Origin: Narcine bancroftii
Lineage: Eukaryota
Direction: 5' to 3'
Assembly: GCF_036971445.1 (NCBI RefSeq)
Contig: NC_091479.1
Location: 85,188,001 to 85,252,000 of the forward strand
DNA: 64,000 nt
A model generated the notes under the pieces. It was not told the origin of the DNA and searched no databases. It was given only the letters and a program-made list of their open reading frames with translations. The position numbers and the translations under genes are program-made. This document shows positions 40,001 through 51,315 of this stretch, piece by piece (position 1 is the first letter of the stretch; every line of letters begins with the position of its first letter).

Positions 40001-41989
40001 GTGGCAACCTACCTGAGATAAGCAAAAAAGAACCCATCAAGAAGCAAGCTAGGATGCGGCCAAAACCAGAACTTGAATCTGAGTCCTCTGCTCTTCCATT
40101 CAGCAACCTTAGTGATGCAAATAACATATCTATACCATCCGGTTAGATGAGGAAATGAAGATTTTAAAAATGGATATAAATGCAACTTATTTAAATTGAA
40201 TTTACTATGGAATTCTTCGGGTGTTATTTACTGGAGCCTTCAGTAAGTATAAAAGATTGGTATTTCTGGAACATTAATCACATAACTGACATTAAGAATG
40301 AAAGTCACTGGCTTTTCAGAATCATTTTGTAGAAAAGTGTTAAAAAGAGCATAGAAAGCAGACAATATATGATGGAAGTAGGAAATTAAAGAAACGTGTG
40401 ATTGGTATGTACAACAAAGTAGAAATGAGAAAATGAATGGGAATATTTAGAAGAAAGGGAAGACAATTCAAAAAGAAGAAAATATTTTAAAAAAAACAGG
40501 ATAATGGTATCAAGAAACTAATAGAAGAAAGGGCAATGGAGATGTCTAAATCAAGACCAACATGTCAAAAAAAATCTGAAAGTATTGAAAGTTTGAAAAG
40601 CAAAGACAAAATTGTGTAAAGCACAATTAGACAAGCTGAATCCAACTTAACACTGAAAGAAAAGGATGGAAGAATAAAGGAAGAAAAATCCTAAAAATTC
40701 TTCTGTAAAAATCATGAATTATATGGCTCTGCATGTGATACTAGTTCAATTAGTTTCACAATTGTTATTACATCCACAACATCTATAAACAATTTAACAT
40801 TTTTTTCTTTGATTTTTTTTCCATGATAAATCATTTTATATTAACGTACAGGACACTTACAAAGAATGTTACAACATTTAAAAGTTAATGACAATAAAGT
40901 GCACAGGAATTCTTTGGTATTACGCCTTCAATCCATCTTGTAGTTCCCATCACTCATTCATTTATTCTGTCAGATGTTAACGCTTTCAAACTTATTACAA
41001 AGAATCGTAATGTTGAAATTCTGTGCATATTTTCAAAAATAATGATCTTCTACAAGCAAGAGCAGCTGGACTTATGCAAATTGATAACTGTATATAATAT
41101 GATGCACATTTTTATTTCCAAAACGTTGATGAGATCCCACACAACTATTTTGCTGAATGCAATTTTACTTCAATTCACATACATTCCACCCCAAACAGTA
41201 AGAAAATGGAATAAGCCATATCACCTTTGGATAGAAACTGAAAAAAGAGCAATATCACATTTGAAACACCAACGACAGACCTGAACAATGTGGAAATTTA
41301 AAAAAATCTTGTAAATCATATGTATCCATAGAATAAATAGTTCACAGATTGTGCAAGGATTCAAACCAACTTGCTCTGCTTGGGACACGTCCACTGTCTA
41401 AAAATATAGAATCAGACATTAAATGTGCACCGTTCTGCAGAAATGTAATTCCTTGGTAAGCTTAACCGCTTAGATAGGGTGCCCATACCTGGGACAAATT
41501 TAGATCCAGCGTAGATTTAAAGGGCCATTTGAAGGAACTCATTTGTACATTAACCCAATCATACATACCCACCAGTCAACTGATGAAGATAACGTCATCA
41601 TTAAGTCGAATGATGTAAACATGTTTCATCTACTGTTGATTAATGGATGCAAACAATTTTTTAAATATAAAAGGCATCAATATATATTCTAAGCTTATAG
41701 TTTATGATTTCTCCATTGGTTGTTTCCAAAACAGTGTAAAACAATGTACAGATGACATGATAATAGTATTATTTTCTTTAGGCAAACTGTATCGAAATAC
41801 TTTGAACATTAACACAGATAGCAGAAGTAAATTAAAGACTGATGGTCGCTTCTTTGTAAATCACCCTTGCCAGAACACCAAAAAAGGCCCCAGTGCTGCA
41901 GACCATTACAATGACTGTTTCATCTGTTGCTTGATTAAAATTAGGGTCATTTCCGTCGATTGAGTCTCGGATACACACAGCATAAGTGC

Positions 41990-43117
41990 TCATATAACGC
42001 AGTAAGGTTCCCTTGGTAACCTAGATTTTCGACAGTAAAGGATGTTGGTGCTGAAACAACGTCTTAACTCCCGGTTGGAGAAGATGCAGATGAATGGGTT
42101 GACCCCAGCTTGAGCAAATGTCATCCAGACAGCAGCCGTCATGTAACCACGTGGAACCGCGGGACCTTTCACAAAGACACGCCAGTAACAAGCCACCAGG
42201 TACGGGCACCAGAGAGCCACGAAGAAAAAGGTGATCAGGTAGAACATTCTGCCAATTCTTTTCTCCGTCTTGAACTCGTCCATGACCAACAGCCTCCTCC
42301 TCATGCCCTGGCCCTGAGGATTCTGTCTGATGCCCAACAGAGTGGGCGGGGTGGGACCCCGGCCGAAACCAGCGATCCAGTTGGCAGCCGCTTGCCCGGT
42401 GGCCCCGGGTCCGTGGAAAGTCCAGTTCTGGCTGACGGCCGGCACCAGTTGGACGGGCTTCATCTTGCGCCGGTCGTAGACGAAGAAGATCAACTTGAGA
42501 TAGACGATGTGAGTGGCCAGGACGATCACCACGAACATGAGCATGAAACCCAGCGAGTCGTTGACTTTGAAGTAGCGGTGCTCGAAGATGCACTGCTCTT
42601 CCTCCCTGATGAAGGTGTACGTGCCCACGTCGAAGACGGGCGGAAAGGCCATCGCCACCGACAGAGTCCACACCATGCAGATGATGGCCAGGCAGGTCCA
42701 GAAAGTCAGCCGCTTGGAGTAGAAGCGGTGATGGGCGATGGCGATGTAGCGGGTGACACTCACGCAGAAGAGCATGAAGACGGCGTGGAAGCAGGAGAGG
42801 ACCCCGACAAAGGCGATCACCTTGCAGCTCAGCGTCCCGTAGGACCAGGAGGAGCCGTTCCTGACCGACAGGAACACAAAGGGAAAGCACACCGCCGAAC
42901 GGATAATGTCAGAGGAGCAGAGATCCAGCAAGAAGTAGTACGGAGCCCGGTGGAGGGTCTTGTCTTTGACCAGGAGGAAAGAGATGAGAAGGTTGCCCAG
43001 CACGCCGACTCCAATCATAAAACCCAGCGATGTCAGCTTGAAGAACGTGGCCAGCGGAGACACATTCTGGACGAGGGTTTCGCTGCTGCCACTACCCGCA
43101 TGGCTGTAGTTCGCCAT
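41990..43117 (-). CDS. GPR85: G protein-coupled receptor 85 (SREB2), 375 aa, single coding exon
   Basis: Starts MANYSHA at the ATG at 43117 and ends RKSRLPREPYCVI; both termini match GPR85. Seven hydrophobic segments, the SREB TRY motif and loop SQNWTFHGPGA.GQAAANW. Flanked by SAMTOR and SMIM30. The ORF-track start at 43156 is a GTG. Confidence 0.95.
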   Translation of the reverse strand: MANYSHAGSGSSETLVQNVSPLATFFKLTSLGFMIGVGVLGNLLISFLLVKDKTLHRAPYYFLLDLCSSDIIRSAVCFPFVFLSVRNGSSWSYGTLSCKVIAFVGVLSCFHAVFMLFCVSVTRYIAIAHHRFYSKRLTFWTCLAIICMVWTLSVAMAFPPVFDVGTYTFIREEEQCIFEHRYFKVNDSLGFMLMFVVIVLATHIVYLKLIFFVYDRRKMKPVQLVPAVSQNWTFHGPGATGQAAANWIAGFGRGPTPPTLLGIRQNPQGQGMRRRLLVMDEFKTEKRIGRMFYLITFFFVALWCPYLVACYWRVFVKGPAVPRGYMTAAVWMTFAQAGVNPFICIFSNRELRRCFSTNILYCRKSRLPREPYCVI

Positions 43118-43148
43118 AGATCTAGACAGTGGGAATCTGGCGACAGCC

Positions 43149-43172
43149 TCAGCCACGGCGGCGAAGAGTCAT
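43149..43172 (-). promoter_or_regulatory. uORF MTLRRRG* in the GPR85 leader
   Basis: atcATGACTCTTCGCCGCCGTGGCTGA; it stops 31 nt before the main ATG. Confidence 0.6.
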
Positions 43173-43279
43173 GATGGAGGGGAAAGCGCCAGTTCAAACA
43201 AAAATCCAGCCCCTCCTCTAGCTCTTGTATGTAAATAGATTTAGGTGGGAAACAAAATCCAGAGCTGGCGTGTCCGGCC

Positions 43280-43300
43280 CTACCCGGGCGTCGCTCTCAT
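43280..43300 (-). promoter_or_regulatory. uORF MRATPG* in the GPR85 leader
   Basis: atcATGAGAGCGACGCCCGGGTAG. Confidence 0.5.
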
Positions 43301-43502
43301 GATAATCTGGTATAATCCACAGGAGGTCGGGTTACCGCCTGAATCGTTTACGGCGAGGAGCCTATAAGGCAGCCTCATTGCCGGAGCAAAACGCACAGCG
43401 ATTTGAGAGTTAACATTTTCAAACAGTATTTTATCGGTATTTTTGTTTGACTCGAGCAGAAATACAATTATTTAGGAGGAAGGAAGATGGAAAAGCACGT
43501 AC

Positions 43503-43800
43503 CTGTGGTTTCACCTCTCCCCCCCCCCCTCCTCTCTCTCTCTCCCCCCCCCTCTCTGTGGGGCTGGCTGTGGTGTCACAAGGAGTTGCTGTCTCCTGCT
43601 GTCAGTGGCTTGCTGCGAGTGAATGGATGGCAAGTGGCTGAGTCGGAGACTGCGCACCGACCTTATTTGTAATCCCTGCCGCGTCTTCTCCTGTCGCATC
43701 TCTCCTCCTTCCACTCACACATAATATACACAGCGAAGGCGAAAGGCGCTTAAATAGAACACATCCACTCCAAAGGGAGCGCGATTAACGCTCATTTATG
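43503..43800 (-). promoter_or_regulatory. Putative GPR85 promoter and non-coding first exon
   Basis: TATA-like CTATTTAA (43757-43750), donor CAG|GTACGT (GT at 43502-43501), candidate acceptor CTTATAG| (AG at 43363-43362); CpG-rich. Confidence 0.45.
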
Positions 43801-44920
43801 TAACTTCAGCCCAGCCCAGGCGTTGTAAAGCTTTTATTTTAAACAGACGGCTGAGCGGGGTAAAGATAACCTTTCGCACAAACTGCATTGTCAAACAGAT
43901 TCATTTCGCCAGTTCTTAGTTGATTCCCATTCGAATGAAGAAAAAGCCTACATACATCCGTGTAACAATTATTTTTTTTTATTATGTACTTTCATTGGTA
44001 TTCACAATGAGTGCTTGTCTGCCCATACCCATTTATCACTACATGACACATATGAACCACCTCCTTTGAGTCAAGTGGACATTATTGACTCTATGTTTCT
44101 TTCTTTTACAATTTTTGGACAGTTATTTCTTCAATTATTTCTTCCTACAAATTCAGAACCGTGTTTTCTGAAGTTAGGAGACTTTAGCTTCACTCTAAAA
44201 CTGCACGACAAGCAGATCTGGCTCAATGACCTGATATACTACGGTTTTGTTTTTGCTTTGCTTAATTAGACCTATAACGAACTTATGATCATAGATTTTC
44301 ACAATGTTTCTGCTGGATATAATGCATGGGACGTTTAAGGCAAAAGAACACAATTAAAAAAATCACCTTTGCGCTTGCTTTACTATTTTTATGGCTTTCT
44401 GGAGAAGATCACTCGTCTTAGGGATCCCTTCTTCCACAGAAATACAGTTGAATCGAGAGGTTTTTTTTAACAAATGAAATAATTTGAGTTTGTTATTGCT
44501 ATTACGTGACATTTTTAAAATTGTAAATGGATCAGTTAAGAATTTCATTGTTAAGAGATCCATTTTAATGGACTGCTTTTCTGCCAGGCCGCTCCAAGAT
44601 TGAGCAGGACTGGATACTGTGCATGAGTACTTCAGTGGTAATTTTAATACATGTGACAATTTAAAAATGAATTTGTGAACTTGAAATTGAAGAACTTCAC
44701 TGCTTCTTACTCGGGGCATATTTCATATAATACTTCAACTCCATGATGTCAACCACATTTCTGAGGAAGACCATTTTGCAGTGAAACTTATTCCAGGACT
44801 TTAGATCTGAGATATCACCAGTACAAGATTGAATGTGTGTGACACTCTCAAGGACACTTGTTCAGCTGAGGCGCAACTAAAAAAAAATAACCCTTGGAAG
44901 GATGTCAGAGTGCACCCGTT

Positions 44921-45003
44921 ATAACCATATAACAGTTTACAGCACGAAAACAGGCCATGTCGGCCCTTCAAGTCCGTACCGGTTCACTTGAACAACTCCA
45001 CTA
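44921..45003 (-). mobile_element. Short CR1-like 3' end with (TATGGTTA)n-type tail
   Basis: ataaccatataacagtttacagcacgaaaacaggccatgtcggccc; matches 51316-51393. Confidence 0.65.
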
Positions 45004-46124
45004 GCGTATGACTTCATCTACATCATGCCTGCTTGTTTAACCTCTCCTATCCAAAGTGGCTGTCATATTCAACAACAACACAATGAACAGGTTTCAAAAA
45101 CAAGGTTCCAAAATACCTTTCAGATGATGCATACTTAATGGGTTTCATGACGGACTGGTCCTTAGATTCAGCCTTAATCCTGATATACTATATGTGACAA
45201 TGAGAAGCTGAAGGCCCAATTATACGAGGACTCAAAAATACACCAACTGACAAAAACAGAAGCAAGATATGCAGTGTTTTGTTTTGGAATACAGGAATGC
45301 AGTGCCTAAAAGTGCAAGTAGAATGAGTGATTTCAACTACTCGGTGAGTAGTTGAAAAAAAATTTCTTTCAAAATCCCCCCAAAGCTTTCCTTTGACGAT
45401 TTATGCCTCTGCCCCTGTTGAGTTCCATTGCTGGGGATCTGCAGGACGATGATGGCCAGGGACTCGGTAATACTAATCTGAATGCAAGTCAAATGTGAGA
45501 TGGCTTATCATTTCGCTTGGCAACTATCCTTGCCCAATGCTTGTGTGGTATGAATATTACTTGTCATTTATTGGCCAGACCTTGGATATTGTTCAGGAAA
45601 TTCTACATGTAGAATGTTTCATTTTCCGTGGGATGAGAATGTAGCTGCAACTATCATAGCATCAGCAAGGAGTCTATTTCTCATCTCACGATAGATGCGA
45701 AGGACATTAATGAATCAGTTGAAACATTTCAGCCTACGCAAGGACATGCACAGGAATTCTAATTTGCCAACTTTTGCAGGAACATATTATAATCATCCAT
45801 GCATTTCTCAGTATTTATTGGGCTGGCCAGTGCCCATTGTGCACACCTTAAGGCACTGTATGATGCCAGATGGAATTCCACCATTAACAATTCAACGTGG
45901 CTCCAGCCCTTGATGCTATCTCGATTCTCGCTGACTTTAGTTTTAAATGATGCTGCTTTGCACGTTACTAACACTGCCCAAGGCTTTTTAAAGTGTTGCT
46001 TTGATGTCATTGGCTGTTACGTCTGGAACTCAGATCGTGTGACCCATCTCTGGACCAAGGTTGTGATGAGATCCTGAGACAGAAGGTTCAAGGTTCCCTT
46101 TATTGTCATATAAGACTGTTAATA

Positions 46125-46441
46125 TAAGGACTGCCTAAAGAAATCTCTTGGTGCCTGCCACATTGACCACCGCCAGTGGGCTGATATCGCCTCAAACCGT
46201 GCATCTTGGTGCCTCACAGTTCGGCGGGCAGCAACCTCCTTTGAAGAAGACCGCAGAGCCCACCTCACTGACAAAAGACAAAGGAGGAAAAATCCAATAC
46301 CCAACCCACCAATTTTTCCTTGCAACCACTGCAACCGTGTCTGCCTGTCCCGCATCGGACTTGTCAGCCACAAATGAGCCTGCAGCTGATGTGGACATTA
46401 CCCCTCCATAAATCTTCGGCCGCGAAGCCAAGCCAAAGAGA
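46125..46441 (+). mobile_element. RTE LINE 3' fragment
   Basis: Near-identical to 16203-16520. Confidence 0.92.
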
Positions 46442-46819
46442 AGATACACGATATACCTCAACTTTTGTCTGCGTAAGGGAGTCACTATGAGCATCGCCTG
46501 GCACCCCACACAATAAGATAAAAAGTGTTCCTTCAGTCAGAGTGTCTGTGGATATGCCTCCAGCCATTGGAACCTGAGGTCCAGGTCCAAATCTCCGATA
46601 ATGACCAGAAAGCCTTCAAAGCTAGAGGCTCTACTCCGAGCACCCTCTCGAATACCGGTTCTGAGATCTGGCTCCCATGAGCCAGTCTCCAGCCCATCAT
46701 AGCCTGTGTGAGTCCTTCAACCCCAAGTCGCCAACATCCTGCAACGTGTGTGGGCCCTTAAGTCGCTGAGCTATTCGCTGGTGGACTGTTATCATCAGCT
46801 CCTCAATGGGGGTGGGGGG

Positions 46820-47300
46820 GAAGGAAGAGCAAATTTTAATTCCTGGTCTCACTATCGTGGAAGACCTTTCCTGGATCCAACATACTAATGTCACGTTGAA
46901 GAAAGCATTTCTTCCTCAGGAGTTTGTGAAGTTTGGTATGACATCGAAAACCTTGGCAAACTTCTAAAGATGTGTTGTGGAAAGCGTGCTGACTGGCTGC
47001 ATCATGGCCTGATGTGGGGATACTAATACCTCTGGGGGGGGGGGGGGGAAATCCTGCAAAAGTAGTGGGCACAGCCTAGTACATTGTAAGCAAAGCTCTT
47101 CCCACCATAGAGAAAATCTATGTAGAATGCTGCCATTGGGAAACAGCAGCAATCATCAAAGATCCATACTTCCCAGGACATGCTGCTACCATCAGGAAAG
47201 AGGAAGAGATGCCACAAGACCAACGCTACCGGATTCAGGAACAGTTGCTACCCCTCCACCAACACTCAGACTCAGTTAAGGACATTGAATTTGCATATTA
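46820..47300 (+). mobile_element. Rex1/Babar-like LINE fragment
   Basis: Colinear with 310-790 and 31005-31470. Confidence 0.75.
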
Positions 47301-49599
47301 TTACTGATTTTTTTTTCTGGCATTGCTTATTTTTGAGCAATCACTTAAAGTTAGTTTTTGATTTTTTTTCTTTGTCACAAATTTGAAGCTGCCATACTTC
47401 CTTTTGGTCAGAGACATTGATGTTGTGAGTTCTGCTTCTCTTCACCAGCTAAGAACACTGGAACTGTAGTTATCTTGATCAGTATCTGATATGTGTGCTA
47501 GTTTGCAAAATTCACACTCTGAACTGCCGCCTTGACTGTGCCTTTATTTCTCTCATTATTCATGGTCAGAAGAAAACTGGAGATTTGGGATCTTTTCATG
47601 TTATTTTGTTAAAGCCTAACAGCAGGAAACCGTTACCTCTAGAATAACTACCATAAAATATCCATTGTTAAATGTTGTTCTGGATATTTGAGTGTAACTT
47701 ATGATTTGTATCTAATCTCATTTAATCAAAGGCTTAGTGTTTATTTTCAAACTGAAAGCAGTTATATATATTTTGGCAAATACCTAGTACTAGAAGAATC
47801 AATAGACACACTGACAATTGTAAGCTATTCCTCGTAGGAATGAGAAAACCTTGGGAGGCAGAGGTCTCTATCCACAATTTTCTTTTAAGCAAACTGATTA
47901 ATACTTTATCAACTTCAACTTTCCCTATAATTATTCAGTTTTAAAAAAATTCACCTAATATATGCCACTGACACCTTGGACTTAAGAAACTTGCAAGAAA
48001 ACTTACTTTTTAAAGCACAAATTAAATTTCCCCGCAGAGAAATAGTGAAATGAGGAGGACACAAAAAGCAAAACAATTTCAAAATAGGCCAGAAAATGTT
48101 ATAAAGGTCAGTCATAAATTCATTTCATGGAGGATCAGGTTTGAGGGCTTCTGCATCTATTCCTTGTTAAACAGGAAAGTCTACAGATGCTTGAGAAACT
48201 CAGCAGGTAACACATCAATAAGAGCAATGCAACATTTGTTGTCCCATGTAAATGCAATTCATCTCTTGTAACAATATTACAAAATTCACGAGATAATTCA
48301 GAATTAATGAGTTAAGTGTGAAATAAATGCAGATGGGAAAGTGCTAAAGGCCAAAGCAATTGAGAATTATTGAAAGTACCTCCAATTACATTTTAATATT
48401 ACAATATTTACTGTCCTTAGTTGCACATTTCTGTTCCATTAGCACAAGGATAATGTATCACACTAATGAGATAGCCAAAATATTCCTTGTGAATATCAAA
48501 AAGAATACATACTGAAAGTTTAATAATTGCCAAATCCAAATTATTTGACCGCATCAATGTTTTTTTGCACATCATAAGCTGTAGCAAAGATTTTAAATAG
48601 ACATCCATGTTCACTTGACTATTGTGTATAATTATGCACAAAATTAACAGATGATAATCACACAAATAACTCAAGATAGGAACTTGATAATCACAAGTTA
48701 CAAGCATTTCAATTTTTTCATTTATGTTTACAAATTCAACAGAAAGTGTGTTCAATAAGAAATCTTCACACCACCAATGATTTTAGTCATCTGTACCTTT
48801 GCAAATTATCCATCGATTTTTTTTTAAGTAAACATCATTGAATGGATTCTGAAAGCAAAGCTTTAAACAAACACCATTTCCATTTGATGCATAGAAGACG
48901 TTACATGGAAATAAATTAAACATGATGTTCCAACATAGCATTTATGTGACCTTCAATCTATAACCAAGTTTCTCATAGGTGCAATACACCTATGAGAAAT
49001 GCAGCATTCGAAGTAAAAGGGAGTAGACATGTCTGGCCTGAACCCTCCTTCAGAAAAATTGCTGATTTTATTTTGGACAAATGTAATCTGCCTCACTCTT
49101 GATTACTTTTGAAATCTTGATCATAGGGCATGAGCAAAAAGCAGATGATAAATAAAACCGATGCTGTAGAAAGTTTTCAAATTCAAATGAACTTAGTCAC
49201 TGTTTTAATTCTTACACCTTCCAAAGTTTCAAACTTTGGATGCAGGTTAACTCAGATTCAACTTTGTCAAAATACAAAATGGAGATGACTGGAGGTGTTC
49301 AACATTTCAAGTTTGCTTTGCAGCAGGACATCACACCCACTGTTGTCCAGTTAATGAGTGTCACAGCTGGATACTTGTCGAGACTTCAAAATGAGATTTT
49401 ACACAAGGCTTGCCTTTTGTTTAGAGTAGCCCATTAAATCCACAGGGGATCTAGTTTTGGATTGCCCTTTAAAACATTCAATCACTTTTGTAAAGAGCTG
49501 TACCCATTAATACCACCAAAGTTATAACCCTGCCCTTTAACTTGCAATTACTACACTTCCACACCAGTTGAGAGATTATGAACACGTTTTAAATCAATT

Positions 49600-49630
49600 G
49601 ACAAAACAAAAACACCGAAGTTGATTTATT
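49600..49630 (-). terminator. Putative SMIM30 polyadenylation signal
   Basis: AATAAA (49630-49625) followed by a GU/U-rich stretch GGTGTTTTTGTTTTGT. Confidence 0.55.
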
Positions 49631-50263
49631 GCGCTACCTTTCACAAACAATGCAAATTGATACAACAGGCACAATATTAAACGTTCTAGCGACTTCAAAA
49701 CGGATCCCGCAATTCTTTTTGTTTTAAATGAAATCAACAAGCAGTAAAATCGAAGCCAAAGGAAGAAACAGGTGAACAAGCGCATTCGTTATCACAAACA
49801 ATTGGTCATTTTGGTGCGACACGAGGTGGCAACATTCAAACTGGGCGGGAGAATTCCACCAACTTTTACCCGGCGAAAAACAATTAAACTTCAGCGCAAA
49901 GACCCTGGAGGGCAAAATTCACAACGTCTCGGCCAAAGCAGTGCGGGTTGGGCGGGGAGCCCAGAAACCCAGGGACTTCGACTTCTGCGTGGGCGCTTCG
50001 TTTCTGTTCCACTTCGGCGATGACAAATGCTTGACACGACGGGTCGGAGTCGGCAGTACTTCCCCTGCCAGCGCGGAGAGGCAGCGAGCACCCGAAATGG
50101 GCGCCCCCCGGGGCCGGAGCAGGACGTCTCGGAAAGCCCTCGCGGAGTTTGTTGCAAGTCGGTTGCTTTGGGGGGGGGGGTGTTGTGGTGGTCCTCCAAG
50201 ACTCTGCTTCCATCTCTCTCTCCCCCCACCTCCATCTCTCTCTCCCCCCACCCCCACCTCGGC

Positions 50264-50440
50264 TCACAGCTGCCCATTCCTCCTGCGGGCGTACCAGCCC
50301 AGGCAGGCGCACAGTCCCACCGTGCTGAGGGCGAGTCCCAGCAACAGCGCCGCCGCATCCCCTCCATCCAGCGCCTCGGCTCCCGGCACCGCCGCCAGCA
50401 CCGCGGCGCACACTGAGCCAAATCCCCACCACGAAGCCAT
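50264..50440 (-). CDS. SMIM30: Small integral membrane protein 30 (microprotein, 58 aa), absent from the ORF track
   Basis: Hand translation: MASWWGFGSVCAAVLAAVPGAEALDGGDAAALLLGLALSTVGLCACLGWYARRRNGQL*. It matches human SMIM30 (...VEAVEAGDAIALLLGVVLSITGICACLGVYARKRNGQM). Strong Kozak context aacATGG, CpG island, and position next to GPR85 on the same strand. Confidence 0.93.
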   Translation of the reverse strand: MASWWGFGSVCAAVLAAVPGAEALDGGDAAALLLGLALSTVGLCACLGWYARRRNGQL

Positions 50441-50560
50441 GTTGCATGTGACAAGCCAATCACTTGATCTCCAACTATCAGATGATCATTCCCCGACTTC
50501 CGCCCTCAATTTTCGGGGCGTTGCTTTCACTGAGAGGCGGATGCGTTGATGGATCTGCGC
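50441..50560 (-). promoter_or_regulatory. Putative SMIM30 promoter / 5' leader
   Basis: Minus strand GGGCGGAAGT (GC box/ETS) at about 50505-50496, CCAAT at 50456-50460 on the plus strand, and E-box GTCACATG. No polypyrimidine acceptor before the ATG. Confidence 0.5.
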
Positions 50561-51315
50561 TCAGTTTCCTCGGTGTTCAGTTACCAGGAGGTGCCTGCAT
50601 CGTTGCAGAACCGAGACGTTCACGTTGTCCTCTTATTGACCCAACATGTCTACATCGTTAAATCAGCCTGTTGACTCCCAGAGAAGTAGAAATTTGCTTC
50701 TTTCTCTCTTTGAACGAAACGTCTAATTGGGACAATTATTTTTGTAACGCAAATTGCTTCCTTAGTTCTTTACTTCCTTTAGTAATGCTCCTACCATAGG
50801 TTTGGAGGATTATTTGTTTTTAAACGTGTGCCACTCTCACCCGAGATTCTCAGTGGCAATTGCGTGGAATCCGTAATTAATAATGGATCAGATAGGTGGG
50901 GGAGTTTAAATTGCAGCTGAAGGGCAAGGTCTCAATGATGCAGCCAATTGACAATGTTGCTAGAATAAAATCAAACCACGCTATTTTGGAAATGTATGAA
51001 TTATTTTCTTCGGGTTCATTTTAGGGCCCTGAGGATGACTGACTTTCAGTCCAGTTCTGACGTGGGGGAGGTCTCTGGGGGCTCCATTGTCCATACCTTC
51101 AGGAAGAAGGCCTTCCGCCGGCTATGCTTCATGAGGAGATTGGGTATGTCATCAAAGGTTTGAACATTTCTACAGGTGTACCATGGAGAGCCTCTCTGCG
51201 ATATCATCTGGTACTGAGGTGCCAATGCACAGGACAGGAAAAAAGACTCCAGTGAGTTGTTAACTTGGCAAGTGATATCACAGGCTCCATCGAGGACCTA
51301 TTCAAGACACAACAT

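Noticed and set aside
43118-43156. ORF-track start at 43156 as the main GPR85 start
   Set aside because: It is a GTG; homology begins at the ATG at 43117. Kept only as a possible minor isoform.
42021-43174. 354-aa antisense ORF (42110..43174 +) and 289-aa alternative-frame ORF over GPR85
   Set aside because: Shadow ORFs expected from high GC at third codon positions; no recognisable domain.
49884-50661. 112-202 aa ORFs on both strands across the SMIM30 CpG island as genes
   Set aside because: Low-complexity GC-rich frames without homology; the conserved product is the 58-aa ORF in another frame.
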